Part shown: positions 1 through 9,017 of the stretch, in pieces
How positions within the stretch are numbered: the stretch's first letter is position 1
How the letters are laid out: each line of letters starts with the position of its first letter
DNA from: a virus
Strand: one strand, 5' to 3'
DNA: 45,510 nt
IMG/VR virus record: IMGVR_UViG_3300033489_000513
Notes under the pieces: generated by a model
Told to the model about the DNA's origin: nothing
The model's input: the letters and a program-made list of their open reading frames with translations, nothing else
The model's database searches: none
Translations under genes and position numbers: made by a program

Positions 1-150
1 GCTCCTTCCGTTCAGGAAGAGGAAGCTCCTTCCGTTCAGGAAGAGGAAGCTCCTTCCGTTCAGGAAGAGGAAGCTCCTTCCGTTCAGGAAGAGGAAGCTC
101 CTTCCGTTCAGGAAGAGGAAGCTCCTTCCGTTCAGGAAGAGGAAGCTCCT
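1..150. repeat. Perfect 24-bp tandem repeat GCTCCTTCCGTTCAGGAAGAGGAA, at least 6 copies
   Basis: Read directly; truncated by the window edge. Confidence 0.98.
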
Positions 151-670
151 TTGGTTTGGGAAGAATTTCAGGAGGGATTTCTCTTTGTTTAATGAGGATC
201 GATTCTGCTAGCTTGCGGGTTTTCTTAACCGCTTTCTTCTCGGAAGTTCCATTATCCTTAGGTTGTTCCTTAGGTTGTTCCTTAGGTTGTTCCTTAGGTT
301 GTTCCTTAGGTTGTTCCTTAGGTTGTTCCTTAGGTTGTTCCTTAGGTTGTTCCTTAGGTTGTTCCTTAGGTTGTTCCTTAGGTTGTTCTTTGGGTTCGGG
401 TAATTGTGAAGGAAGATTTGCCTTCACTATTTTCATATGATGAGCTATCAAATATTCGGGAGAAGGGGATTTTTTCACGAGATTTGACTTATCCCATCCA
501 TTTTCCTTGAACTTTTGTTCGATTTCCTGCAAACGGTATTCAAAAAACAAACATTTAGCAGGTTCCGTTATTTCTAAATAAGCGGAATCACATTGATATT
601 CCCATTCGAGAGCTTCTTGTTCTTTCATATCCTTTGGAACTATAGCAGGGGGGACTATGTATTTTGACAT
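1..670 (-). CDS. Hypothetical protein with tandem amino-acid repeats (PKEQ)x11 and (KELPLPER)x6+; runs off the left edge
   Basis: Manual translation from ATG at 670 (MSKYIVPPAIVPKDMKEQE...) stays open through both repeat tracts to base 1; AGAGG just upstream. Absent from the ORF track because there is no stop codon in the window. Confidence 0.8.
   Translation of the reverse strand, partial: MSKYIVPPAIVPKDMKEQEALEWEYQCDSAYLEITEPAKCLFFEYRLQEIEQKFKENGWDKSNLVKKSPSPEYLIAHHMKIVKANLPSQLPEPKEQPKEQPKEQPKEQPKEQPKEQPKEQPKEQPKEQPKEQPKEQPKDNGTSEKKAVKKTRKLAESILIKQREIPPEILPKPKELPLPERKELPLPERKELPLPERKELPLPERKELPLPERKELPLPERKE
256..387. repeat. Perfect 12-bp tandem repeat CCTTAGGTTGTT, 11 copies
   Basis: Read directly. 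Confidence 0.98.
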
Positions 671-685
671 CTAAAAACCTCTATT

Positions 686-716
686 ATAAAAATAGGGAAA
701 AAAGTATAAAAAAGAG
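686..716 (-). terminator. Putative archaeal-type oligo-T terminator after the capsid gene
   Basis: Minus strand CTTTTTTATACTTTTTTCCCTATTTTTAT just after the MCP stop codon; no hairpin. Confidence 0.4.
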
Positions 717-720
717 ATGT

Positions 721-1713
721 TTATGCAGAGAGAACGTTATTCGTGAGCGTGACGGTAATACAGATTGCATTAGGTCGCCGGACACGAGTGGCAAGTCCAG
801 TGATGATCGCAAATTGTTGGGTCAGTCGGTTGGTTAACCCGCCGTTGAAAAGATTAACACGAGTGGGATCATAGTTCACCAGCAAGTCCATATTCTCCTT
901 CTTGTTATCAAGTAGGAGCATTTCACCGCCTGCGTTTACTTCTGCCGCGTTGAGAATGTTGGGAGTTACAACAATCCGTTGAATTGCGGGCGGAATTTGC
1001 TGTCCAGGTATAATCTGGACGTTATTCGCGGGAATACGGAGGACTCGTTCGAGGTCGGTTAAACCCGTGGTCGTACTTTCGTTGGTGATCATTTGCTGGT
1101 AGCAACCATCAGTCACAATGAGATCGAATGGTCCATAATGTAAATCTTCCACGCACTTCGATATCATATGTTTAACCGTGTGGGGATAATCTCCATCGTT
1201 AACCATACTGTCGTCCGCATCTATTCCTGCCCCATTACTACCGAGGGTATTCACGCTACCCCAGTTACAGAGACCAACCACGGAACTCATAGGTGTGTTG
1301 TTGACAACACCTTTCAGATCGTAACCACGATAAACTGCCCGATCAATGAATTGATCTAATTTCTTGAGACCATTTTCTAATTGCTGGGTCTCGTACCGTC
1401 CGTTAGCATCGCGTTCGAGCTTGGACACTTCGAAGTCCACACGAATACCGATCATATCCGCGCGGGTGGGTGTTTTCGTAGTCTTGATGAGTCCTTCTTC
1501 TTCATACGTATAGGTTATGATTGGGGAGCCGACATCATTATACTTGTTCCACTCATAAGCGGTTTTTCCAGCGCCAATGTGAGTGATTTCGAGCAAGCTA
1601 AGCGCAGTCATCCGTTCCATAACCCACGTATTGATCTCGTTATCGATCCAGCGCCATTCTTCCTCCGAGAGGGGACCAGCGTTTGTGTCTTGAGATTGAG
1701 AGATTGGATGCAT
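721..1713 (-). CDS. Major capsid protein, HK97 fold, encapsulin/linocin M18-like
   Basis: 330 aa; N-terminal GPLSEEEWRWIDNEI...HIGAG resembles family 1 encapsulins; C-terminal RVRRPNAIC typical of HK97-fold shells; follows protease, scaffold and cement genes. Confidence 0.8.
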   Translation of the reverse strand: MHPISQSQDTNAGPLSEEEWRWIDNEINTWVMERMTALSLLEITHIGAGKTAYEWNKYNDVGSPIITYTYEEEGLIKTTKTPTRADMIGIRVDFEVSKLERDANGRYETQQLENGLKKLDQFIDRAVYRGYDLKGVVNNTPMSSVVGLCNWGSVNTLGSNGAGIDADDSMVNDGDYPHTVKHMISKCVEDLHYGPFDLIVTDGCYQQMITNESTTTGLTDLERVLRIPANNVQIIPGQQIPPAIQRIVVTPNILNAAEVNAGGEMLLLDNKKENMDLLVNYDPTRVNLFNGGLTNRLTQQFAIITGLATRVRRPNAICITVTLTNNVLSA

Positions 1714-1726
1714 AAGATTATCCTCC

Positions 1727-2230
1727 TTAGATTACCACCGTAATAACTTTGGCAAGTACTCCACCTGCATCATAGTCGAGGCTGGTTCCTACATAGCTGA
1801 TAAAGCTAGTGAAGGTATCCGTTGTTGCCGCCACATCCAAATAACCCGCAGCGGTAGATCCGACAAACATTTTACTTCCAGGATATATAATTGCAGTCGT
1901 GGTTTGTTTGGCAAAGCAGAGGCAAGCCATCCCCGAACCACACACGGCCACGCGGACTAATGCATTGTCGGTATAAACCGCATCAATGTCGGGAGTATCC
2001 CGCACGGTCCCCGCGAGACCATCATTTCGGAAGTGTTCGATGACAATTCCCAATGGAGGTTCTCCAGTGGAACACAAGTCTACATCAGGGTCAGTTTCCC
2101 CAAACCCCGTACAAACGAGCCCAGGATAAAAATCGGAGCCGTTCACTTTCTTCTCCACAACGAAGGCAGGGTTGTATCCTTTTACAACGACTTGTGCTGA
2201 ACCTCGTGTTCCACCAATTGTTTCCGCCAT
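1727..2230 (-). CDS. Putative capsid cement/decoration protein
   Basis: 167 aa, Gly/Ala/Val/Thr-rich, PLGIV motif, directly upstream of the MCP. Confidence 0.6.
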   Translation of the reverse strand: MAETIGGTRGSAQVVVKGYNPAFVVEKKVNGSDFYPGLVCTGFGETDPDVDLCSTGEPPLGIVIEHFRNDGLAGTVRDTPDIDAVYTDNALVRVAVCGSGMACLCFAKQTTTAIIYPGSKMFVGSTAAGYLDVAATTDTFTSFISYVGTSLDYDAGGVLAKVITVVI

Positions 2231-2235
2231 AAGTT

Positions 2236-2703
2236 TTAACCTCCACGGCCTTTAAGTGTGAATGTCTTGACTTGGGAAATTGGTTCTCTGGCATTCGTGT
2301 CTAATTGAGGAATTATCCGTGCGCTCTGGTAACGAGTCGCAATTTTCGTCACGGTAGGATTTTCATCTACCGAAGGGGCAGGAGGAGCACGCCGGACAAA
2401 AGCAAACATTTGCATAATGTCAGCAGGTTCGAGTCCCTTAAGTTCTTCTTTCTTGATAGGGTCGGGCCAGTGGGTGGTATTTTTTATGATCTGGTCTATC
2501 ATTACTTGCTTGTCTTCATCATCACGTTGGCTAACAATGGTCGCAAATTTATCACGTTGCGCTCTGGTAACGTCCAATTCCTTGTTTAGCTCATCGTATG
2601 ATTTGTGACTACCATCCACATACTCAACCGCTGGAATAGCGGCAGGTACAACAGGTTTTCCTGCCACTACCGTTGAAGTAGAGGTTTTTTCGGGTTCTGG
2701 CAT
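2236..2703 (-). CDS. Putative scaffolding protein
   Basis: 155 aa, Pro-rich ends, coiled-coil-like middle, position in head operon. Confidence 0.45.
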   Translation of the reverse strand: MPEPEKTSTSTVVAGKPVVPAAIPAVEYVDGSHKSYDELNKELDVTRAQRDKFATIVSQRDDEDKQVMIDQIIKNTTHWPDPIKKEELKGLEPADIMQMFAFVRRAPPAPSVDENPTVTKIATRYQSARIIPQLDTNAREPISQVKTFTLKGRGG

Positions 2704-2795
2704 ATTCGAGTCTCCAACTTTTATATGAGACTAATAGAAAATTACCTCTCATTCATTTATAAATACCCCGCCACAAACTCGGGCAAAACTGGGGT

Positions 2796-2816
2796 TTTTT
2801 ATAGGGTTTCCTATAA
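2796..2816 (+). promoter_or_regulatory. TATA-containing palindrome TTTTTATAGGGTTTCCTATAA (copy 1)
   Basis: Same motif at 4629 and 22977, each just upstream of a gene start. Confidence 0.7.
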
Positions 2817-2833
2817 TCCTCAATTGAGCACAT

Positions 2834-3217
2834 ATGGCAGAAGATGTTTATTCTCAACTCAAACGATTTTTAGTAGATGGAAAAGATTGGGAAGAAATGA
2901 CCACGCCCCACAAAAGACTTATTATCACGAAGATTCCTGGCAAGAGAACAAAAGGAACTACTCCAATATTCCCCAAAATCGCGCCAAAACTTCTTCATAC
3001 TGATTTGAATGGAAAACCAATTCGTTATAAGGGAATTTTTATTTATGATGAGGAAACTCTTATAGATCTCATCGAAACACTTGAAGATCCTCGCGTGAAA
3101 TATCTTATAAAAGCTTGTGCGGATTTAAATGGGGGAAATATCCACCACCAACCCCAGCGCGAGCTCAAGGGGGAAATTCCAATGGATTATGATGGGACGA
3201 AAGATGAATTAAAATGA
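2834..3217 (+). CDS. Hypothetical protein resembling a conserved archaeal family (FL.xG.DWE...P motif)
   Basis: 127 aa ORF with its own promoter motif; family resemblance is from memory only. Confidence 0.55.
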   Translation: MAEDVYSQLKRFLVDGKDWEEMTTPHKRLIITKIPGKRTKGTTPIFPKIAPKLLHTDLNGKPIRYKGIFIYDEETLIDLIETLEDPRVKYLIKACADLNGGNIHHQPQRELKGEIPMDYDGTKDELK

Positions 3218-3226
3218 AAAATAGAT

Positions 3227-4483
3227 TTAAGCGTTAGCACAGGTTTTGGGAACTCCCACGCCACAATATCCGAGAGGACACCGTCCTTCCGCTTCATTTG
3301 GGGATAAAAGGGCTGCGTGGGTGATCGCGAGATTTTCCTGAGCAGAATCGTATTTCTCTCCTTTATAATCTCCGCTTGGTCCATCAGTATAGAGGTATCC
3401 AATGGAAGTTCCGACAGCTTCTCGTTTCTTGAAATATCCATCTAAGTTTTCTGAAATCCGCTTTTTATAGACATGTGCCTTTCCAACAATACGTTCATTT
3501 TTGGCATCATATTTAATTTGATCAACATAACCTACTTCGAGACTAGGTACTTCGTGTTGGGGATGATGTTCGAAGAGAGGGATTTTTTCTGCGGGTTTTC
3601 CCGTTTTATAATCGATGAATTTTGCATTCTTAAGATTTTCTGGCAACTTTGCCATTTTCATTTTTTTCTCAGGAAACTCTTGAACCATTGCTTTCGTGAG
3701 GATGATGGGGACTATATATTCACTGTCTGTTTCGGTGACGTTATCCATCTTGAAACAAGCACTTTTATCATCGATAGCATGAGCCATCGTTATTTCTGCA
3801 GAGGCGGGAAGAGAAAAATAGTCCCGTGTGGCTAACTCATATGCATCCATCACGTCTCTCCCTTCCTCCACCCGATATTCGAAGAAATCATAGAAAGAGA
3901 AATTTACTTCATCCGCATCCAAAACTCCTTCTAGTTGACTTTGCCAAGCATATGGCGTGGTGAGAGAGATGCCCGTCAGATTTTGCACGGTATGGCGGAA
4001 GGCGGTGAGAAGATCATTATCTTCCCATTCTTTCTGGAGGATTTGGATAAATTGTTGTTGGGAAACTTTTCGTTGGTCTTTTTCCTTTTCGTCCCCCATT
4101 TTATTCAGGAAGTCAAATTTGGAATCTTTACGACCTTTAGCAGCCATCTTTTGGAATTTACCTTTTCCAAATTTCTGTTGGCCGATATAAGCACAAAGTT
4201 CAGGGGACTTGCCTGAAGCAACGCACGCTTTGAAGCGGGCTCCTGACCCAGCCTTAGCTTTCGAGAAAGGTTTATCTTCTTCCTCGGGCTCTTCTTCTTC
4301 AGGGTCACCTTTTTCTTCTTCAGGCTCCTCTTTTTCGGGTTTATCTTCTTCCCCGATATTTTTCTTTTTCTTCTTGCCACTACAACCTGCTCCCCAATCA
4401 GATTGGGGTGGGATACTATGTAAAAACTCGAAATTATTCATCCAAATCATCTTCTCCAGTGGGGGGTAAAATATCTTCAGCAA
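3227..4483 (-). CDS. Prohead maturation protease (DUF2213-like C-terminal domain) with long N-terminal extension; start may be 4441
   Basis: C-terminal HHP...VGYV...SIGY...GDYKGEKYDSAQENLAITHAALL...GRC matches the DUF2213 pattern; upstream of scaffold and MCP. Confidence 0.75.
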   Translation of the reverse strand: MLKIFYPPLEKMIWMNNFEFLHSIPPQSDWGAGCSGKKKKKNIGEEDKPEKEEPEEEKGDPEEEEPEEEDKPFSKAKAGSGARFKACVASGKSPELCAYIGQQKFGKGKFQKMAAKGRKDSKFDFLNKMGDEKEKDQRKVSQQQFIQILQKEWEDNDLLTAFRHTVQNLTGISLTTPYAWQSQLEGVLDADEVNFSFYDFFEYRVEEGRDVMDAYELATRDYFSLPASAEITMAHAIDDKSACFKMDNVTETDSEYIVPIILTKAMVQEFPEKKMKMAKLPENLKNAKFIDYKTGKPAEKIPLFEHHPQHEVPSLEVGYVDQIKYDAKNERIVGKAHVYKKRISENLDGYFKKREAVGTSIGYLYTDGPSGDYKGEKYDSAQENLAITHAALLSPNEAEGRCPLGYCGVGVPKTCANA

Positions 4484-4628
4484 ATTTAATTTCCAAAACC
4501 GAATCCTTCATTTTCTTCTTGATAAGTTTTTTGGCGCGGGATTTCACATCTTTTTCTTCAATGAATGATTCGATCGTAGACATATTAAATAGTTCCAGAA
4601 TTTGCCTAAAAAAGATATCGAAGGCTGT

Positions 4629-4649
4629 TTTTTATAGGAATCTCTATAA
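4629..4649 (+). promoter_or_regulatory. TATA-containing palindrome TTTTTATAGGAATCTCTATAA (copy 2)
   Basis: TATA element ends about 22 nt before the ATG at 4659, as expected for a leaderless archaeal transcript. Confidence 0.65.
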
Positions 4650-4658
4650 ATAATTAAT

Positions 4659-5753
4659 ATGTCAATTCCAGACAAGAAAAAACTCGAATTACATGTAAAT
4701 GCTCAAGCCCCTTTTGTGCTCGTTATCGCGAATATGATCGATCCTTATTCGCGAGATTATATATATGCGCTCCGGGAAATGGGTTATGATGTGCTCCAGA
4801 TTGGGATTGGAAGCAAATTCATTAATATGCATTTCTATCCCTTCGAAAAAGTAATCCGATCTCCTGGTCGCTTGCCCGAACCTTATCGAGAACTTTCGAT
4901 AGAAACGTTGCTGGATTTTCTCAATGCATTTGAATTTTCCTTCGTGTTACATCTTCAAGATGATATTCATTTTAAGGATAAAGAGAAATGTTCGATTCCC
5001 TATTTTTATATCGCGAGGAATGTTCCCTACCCGCTCAAATATCCCCGTTCCGCGTGGAGATTCTTTGCAGAAACTCTTAATCTTTATGGTTCTTTGAAGG
5101 GGAATCCAAATATTCTCGCGGCACTCCATTATCATCCTCTCGCCATTAGCGCACCACTCAATTTCACGCCTTCAACTGCTGAACGAACAATTGAAGGGGG
5201 ATATCTTGGAGATCCATATCTCACGCGAGGGAAAGTAAATGCTGTTGATTTCATAGAGAAATTAGCAATGAATCTTCCTTCTCTTGAATGTCATTATCTT
5301 GGTCCCCCTTCTCAAGATCCTCAAAATAATATGCGAGAAATAGGCGTTGGTCAAGGTGTTTTGTCTCTTCCCGCACGTAAGACATTCTGGAGTCAATGTA
5401 AAGTAGGGTTTTCAATGGCAAGTGCTGGTTCCATTGTTCAGGATGATCTGGAAATCTGTTTGAATGGTGCTATGCTCGTCACGCAAAGTTCACTCGATCA
5501 TGAAGCGATGGGATTTCAAGATGGCGTAAATTGTCGGATGTATAAAACAATGGAAGAAGCGATATCTGCTATCCGCGATTATGACCCAAAGATCGCGGAA
5601 GCGGGCCAAAAACTCGTTTTAGAACGCCATACTATTCGGGCGAGAGCTGCATCGTTTGCAGTTCAAATTGAAAAAGAGATGGGAATTCTTCGCCCCCTTC
5701 CACTTCACGATAAAATGCGCCCGCAACCCTTTATGGAAACCAAGAAAGAGTAG
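4659..5753 (+). CDS. Glycosyltransferase, GT-B fold, CgeB/Glyco_trans_1_2-like
   Basis: C-terminal LEICLNGAMLVT...GFQDGVNC...IAEAGQKLVLERHT; paralog of 21618-22763. Confidence 0.75.
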   Translation: MSIPDKKKLELHVNAQAPFVLVIANMIDPYSRDYIYALREMGYDVLQIGIGSKFINMHFYPFEKVIRSPGRLPEPYRELSIETLLDFLNAFEFSFVLHLQDDIHFKDKEKCSIPYFYIARNVPYPLKYPRSAWRFFAETLNLYGSLKGNPNILAALHYHPLAISAPLNFTPSTAERTIEGGYLGDPYLTRGKVNAVDFIEKLAMNLPSLECHYLGPPSQDPQNNMREIGVGQGVLSLPARKTFWSQCKVGFSMASAGSIVQDDLEICLNGAMLVTQSSLDHEAMGFQDGVNCRMYKTMEEAISAIRDYDPKIAEAGQKLVLERHTIRARAASFAVQIEKEMGILRPLPLHDKMRPQPFMETKKE

Positions 5754-5760
5754 AATAGAT

Positions 5761-5913
5761 ATGAAAGAATTATTCTATTGTGAACGGTGTAAACTTTATT
5801 ATCCTCCCAATGAATATCATAAAAAAATTAAAAAATGTCCCCGTTGCCGTCTCCCTTTTGCAACAAAACTGGTTAGCGAAGAAGATTTGAAAAAAATGAG
5901 GGTCGTGATTTAA
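5761..5913 (+). CDS. Small zinc-finger protein
   Basis: CERC...CPRC; stop overlaps the next start codon. Confidence 0.6.
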   Translation: MKELFYCERCKLYYPPNEYHKKIKKCPRCRLPFATKLVSEEDLKKMRVVI

Positions 5914-6632
5914 TGTCAAAATATTCCCATCTCCCCATCATTTCCTATATCCCCGCATTAGATGAAGAAAGTGATATTGAAGGCGCTTGTCGGAATGCGC
6001 TTCAAATATGTTACCAACCAGATGATGAAGTTTATGTTCTCTTGGATCCTCGGACCAAGGATCGAACACGGGAAATTGTTGAGCAATTTCCTCAAATTAA
6101 GATTTATCTACAAGACCCAGATTTGGGGAACGCCACTCGCCATAATCGAGGATCCGATGAAATTACGTTCATCCATAATATAAATGAATTCTTGAAAACG
6201 GTTGTTCCTGAAGGTCATTGGGTGATGGTGATGGCGGGGGATGAACGATATGACCATCGCGATGCGGAGAAAATCCGTTTCTACATCGATCAAGCGGATG
6301 GATTGAATGCTAATGCTCTTATCTTCGAGATCGCGGATGTATTCCCTGATGAACGACAGCGCATAGCATATGAATCCGTCCCAGGGTTAATTCTCGCTCA
6401 TTTACGTTTCTTCAAATATCAAGAAGATTTTGCTTTTGGCACTCGCGCTCATGATGATATTGGAGATATGGGAACCCGAATTCGAGCGCGCACGGGACTT
6501 TGGTTTTATCATTTTGGAAATTTGAAGAAAACAACAGACTGGAACTGGTGGAGAAATTGGGATGGCGTGAATCTTACCAAGAAATATGTCCCGCTCGATA
6601 ATCCATTTAGCGATTGGAAAAGAGGAATTTAA
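5913..6632 (+). CDS. Glycosyltransferase family 2-like
   Basis: PALDEE...DPRTKDRT...GDER...YHFG; paralog of 9014 and 20809. Confidence 0.75.
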   Translation: MSKYSHLPIISYIPALDEESDIEGACRNALQICYQPDDEVYVLLDPRTKDRTREIVEQFPQIKIYLQDPDLGNATRHNRGSDEITFIHNINEFLKTVVPEGHWVMVMAGDERYDHRDAEKIRFYIDQADGLNANALIFEIADVFPDERQRIAYESVPGLILAHLRFFKYQEDFAFGTRAHDDIGDMGTRIRARTGLWFYHFGNLKKTTDWNWWRNWDGVNLTKKYVPLDNPFSDWKRGI

Positions 6633-6697
6633 AGTTCAAAGCAGTAGGAAGAGGTATTGTAATGATAGTTTAAGGACTGGAAGAAGAAGGTATTTAA

Positions 6698-7714
6698 ATG
6701 GTAAAAGAAAAACGAGAAGATGAGGCAGTATTTAAATTCGAGAGAGAATATAATGGAAACTTTAATACAATCGCAGCAGGACATTATACTACTACGGGAG
6801 GATTTGATTTTACTAAGATTCTGAATTGTAACCCTTCTCCTGATCCTGTTTATAATCTCCTCGCATCAAGCGAAGAGAAATTGATTCCGTGGTATAATCA
6901 TATCCGCAAGCGGAAAGGACCTATTACTTTAATGGTAATGCCAACCAATCGCTGTAATTTAAATTGCGATTTCTGCTCCAATTCCGCGCGAAATATGAAT
7001 GAAGAACTTTCTCTTGCCAAAATTCGATTAACCTTTCAAAATCTTCCTTCTCTCAAGGCTATAGAAATAACGGGAGGGGGGGATCCCTTGTGTCATCCTT
7101 TAATTGGAGATTTAATCCATGAAATTCTAATTAAAAAATTACAAGTAGGGTTGATTACGAATGGGATTTTATTAAAAAAAATCCAATATTACCTTCAAAA
7201 ATTACATTGGCTTCGGATTTCATTGAATGGAATTATTGATAGCAAGCAAAAGGTTCCTTTCGAGATCATTCCCCTTCAGCTTTATACGGGCACAACTTAT
7301 ATTCTCCACGAGAAATCCCCTCCCGATTATCTGGATCAAATCAAGGAAATTTTAACGGCAAATCCTATACTTCAATATTGTAAAATTTGTGGAGATACAC
7401 GCAAATCTTCCCATTCAGATAGAATCGAAATTCGGGGAGAGAAAACCTATTTCTATGACCGAGAATTCCACGATGGAAATAATATACCCTGTTATTTAGG
7501 TTCCATCAAACCCGTTCTCGCGCCTGATGGGAGGTTTTATCCTTGTTCCAATCTCGTTCTAAAAACGGGTGCATATGAAGCGGGAGATTCCATCTCTCTC
7601 GAAGATATATGGAATTATAAACCTGTTGTTTGTACTTGTAAATCTTGCTTCCTTTGGAAGCGAAATGAAGTGGTTTCCAAACTGCTCATTGATCGTTCGG
7701 TGAATTTTGTGTAA
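6698..7714 (+). CDS. Radical SAM protein with SPASM/twitch-like C-terminus
   Basis: CNLNCDFC, TGGGDP, ITNG, DGRFYPC. Confidence 0.9.
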   Translation: MVKEKREDEAVFKFEREYNGNFNTIAAGHYTTTGGFDFTKILNCNPSPDPVYNLLASSEEKLIPWYNHIRKRKGPITLMVMPTNRCNLNCDFCSNSARNMNEELSLAKIRLTFQNLPSLKAIEITGGGDPLCHPLIGDLIHEILIKKLQVGLITNGILLKKIQYYLQKLHWLRISLNGIIDSKQKVPFEIIPLQLYTGTTYILHEKSPPDYLDQIKEILTANPILQYCKICGDTRKSSHSDRIEIRGEKTYFYDREFHDGNNIPCYLGSIKPVLAPDGRFYPCSNLVLKTGAYEAGDSISLEDIWNYKPVVCTCKSCFLWKRNEVVSKLLIDRSVNFV

Positions 7715-7990
7715 ATGACCCCCGCTTTTAAGCGGGGGCTTGCCACTGACGGACGCAACGCAAGCATTTACTACCATCTGTTTCCACACCAAAAAGGTTA
7801 GAACTATGCGCGAAACTCCGAGTACCGAGCTACAAGAACGGCAGGATCCTCCACAAGTCCTGCCCCCTTCGGCAGAACCGTTGAATGCCGCGAGTCTACA
7901 AACCTGTGGCAACCCCACAGAGGACTCTATGCTTGGTATTCCTTTGGGATGTGGGTATCACTCCCGCGAGGGAGCCAGAATATCTGGGCA
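7691..7990 (+). ncRNA. Putative omegaRNA (guide from the 5' flank plus scaffold); boundaries approximate
   Basis: About 280-nt GC-richer region between the element end and the PLMP motif, the canonical omegaRNA position. Confidence 0.65.
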
Positions 7991-9013
7991 CGCCGTGTTT
8001 GTGGTAGGAGTTGATGGAACCCCCTTAACTCCAACCACGAGTGCAAAAGCAAGGAAGTTACTAAAAGGAAAACAAGCGAAACCGATCTGGAATAGATTTG
8101 GACAATTTGGATTGCGGATGCTCGTGAAGACGGGTACGATAACCCCCAACACAATATTAGGGGTAGACTTTGGAACCAAGTTTGAAGGATACGCCGTAGT
8201 CACGGGTAAAGAGAACAACCTCGCCGTAATGTGGAAATTGCCAGATAAGAAAAATATTGTTCGGAAATGCGAGGAGCGAAGGCAGCTCCGCCGCGCGCGG
8301 CGGTTCCGGAATTGCAGGCGGAAGCAATGCCGATTCAGTAATCGCGACAAAAAAGGATTCATTGCACCTTCGCAATTAGTGATCATATATAGCCGCCTGA
8401 AGGCAATTTCGGAATTTCTCAAGTGCTATCCTATAAAGATTGTTGCTATCGAAGACGTAAAATTTAATCACGCCAAGTATCGTTGGGGAAAGAACTTCTC
8501 AACTATTGAAGTTGGGAAGACGAAAATCTACGAATATATTCACGCTCGGGCGTTCTTCCAAATGTATAATGGATACGATACGCCCGACATCCGCGAGACC
8601 TATGGATATAGGAAATCCTCAAGCAAGAATGCGGAAGTTTTTACTTCCCATTGTTCGGATGCACTCGCGATGGCAGTAGATGCATCCTGCAAGCAATACG
8701 TTCCCGAAGGATCTTTCATCGTAGTAGATGACACGTATCGTTCCATCCGTCGGAAACTGCACGATTCACAATTTAGCAAGGGCGGGATACGATACAAATA
8801 TTCAACAGGGAATTTCCGAGGAATACGGAAGGGAACAATGTGTGCATTTGGACAAATTGTCGGTGGAACACGAAATAGTGCATGGATTCGTAATAAAGAC
8901 AACAAGAGAGTTGGAAAAACAATGGCAAAGATCAACTGGTTATCTCATCATTTTAAATACGTGCGACCAATTTCTTCCCCGCTTAAAAGTGGGGGTTCCC
9001 GTGGAGGATTTTT
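7711..9013 (+). mobile_element. IS200/IS605-superfamily IsrB (OMEGA) element, non-autonomous
   Basis: Left end GTAAATGACCCCCGCTTTTAAGCGGGGGCTTG hairpin; right end CCCCGCTTAAAAGTGGGGG hairpin followed by ATGA; no tnpA. Confidence 0.85.
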
Positions 9014-9017
9014 ATGA
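7995..9017 (+). CDS. isrB: IsrB RNA-guided nickase (RRXRR family, no HNH); true start probably near GTG 7995 rather than 7740
   Basis: PLTP (PLMP domain), GVDFG (RuvC-I), RRQLRRARR bridge helix, IEDVKF (RuvC-II), SHCSDA (RuvC-III); no HNH between RuvC-II and RuvC-III. Confidence 0.85.
   Translation: MFVVGVDGTPLTPTTSAKARKLLKGKQAKPIWNRFGQFGLRMLVKTGTITPNTILGVDFGTKFEGYAVVTGKENNLAVMWKLPDKKNIVRKCEERRQLRRARRFRNCRRKQCRFSNRDKKGFIAPSQLVIIYSRLKAISEFLKCYPIKIVAIEDVKFNHAKYRWGKNFSTIEVGKTKIYEYIHARAFFQMYNGYDTPDIRETYGYRKSSSKNAEVFTSHCSDALAMAVDASCKQYVPEGSFIVVDDTYRSIRRKLHDSQFSKGGIRYKYSTGNFRGIRKGTMCAFGQIVGGTRNSAWIRNKDNKRVGKTMAKINWLSHHFKYVRPISSPLKSGGSRGGFL

Noticed and set aside
1-387. Tandem repeats as a CRISPR array
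   Set aside because: The units are contiguous with no spacers and lie in frame in a gene
156-440. Plus-strand ORF with (SLGC)n repeats
   Set aside because: It is the antisense shadow of the longer minus-strand gene starting at 670
721-1713. Cellular encapsulin nanocompartment operon
   Set aside because: No cargo enzyme is adjacent; the protease, cement and portal context points to a virus
7740-7994. N-terminal 85 aa of the 425-aa ORF; calling the two RRXRR proteins IscB or Cas9
   Set aside because: This region is the expected omegaRNA, and neither protein has an HNH domain, so IsrB fits better
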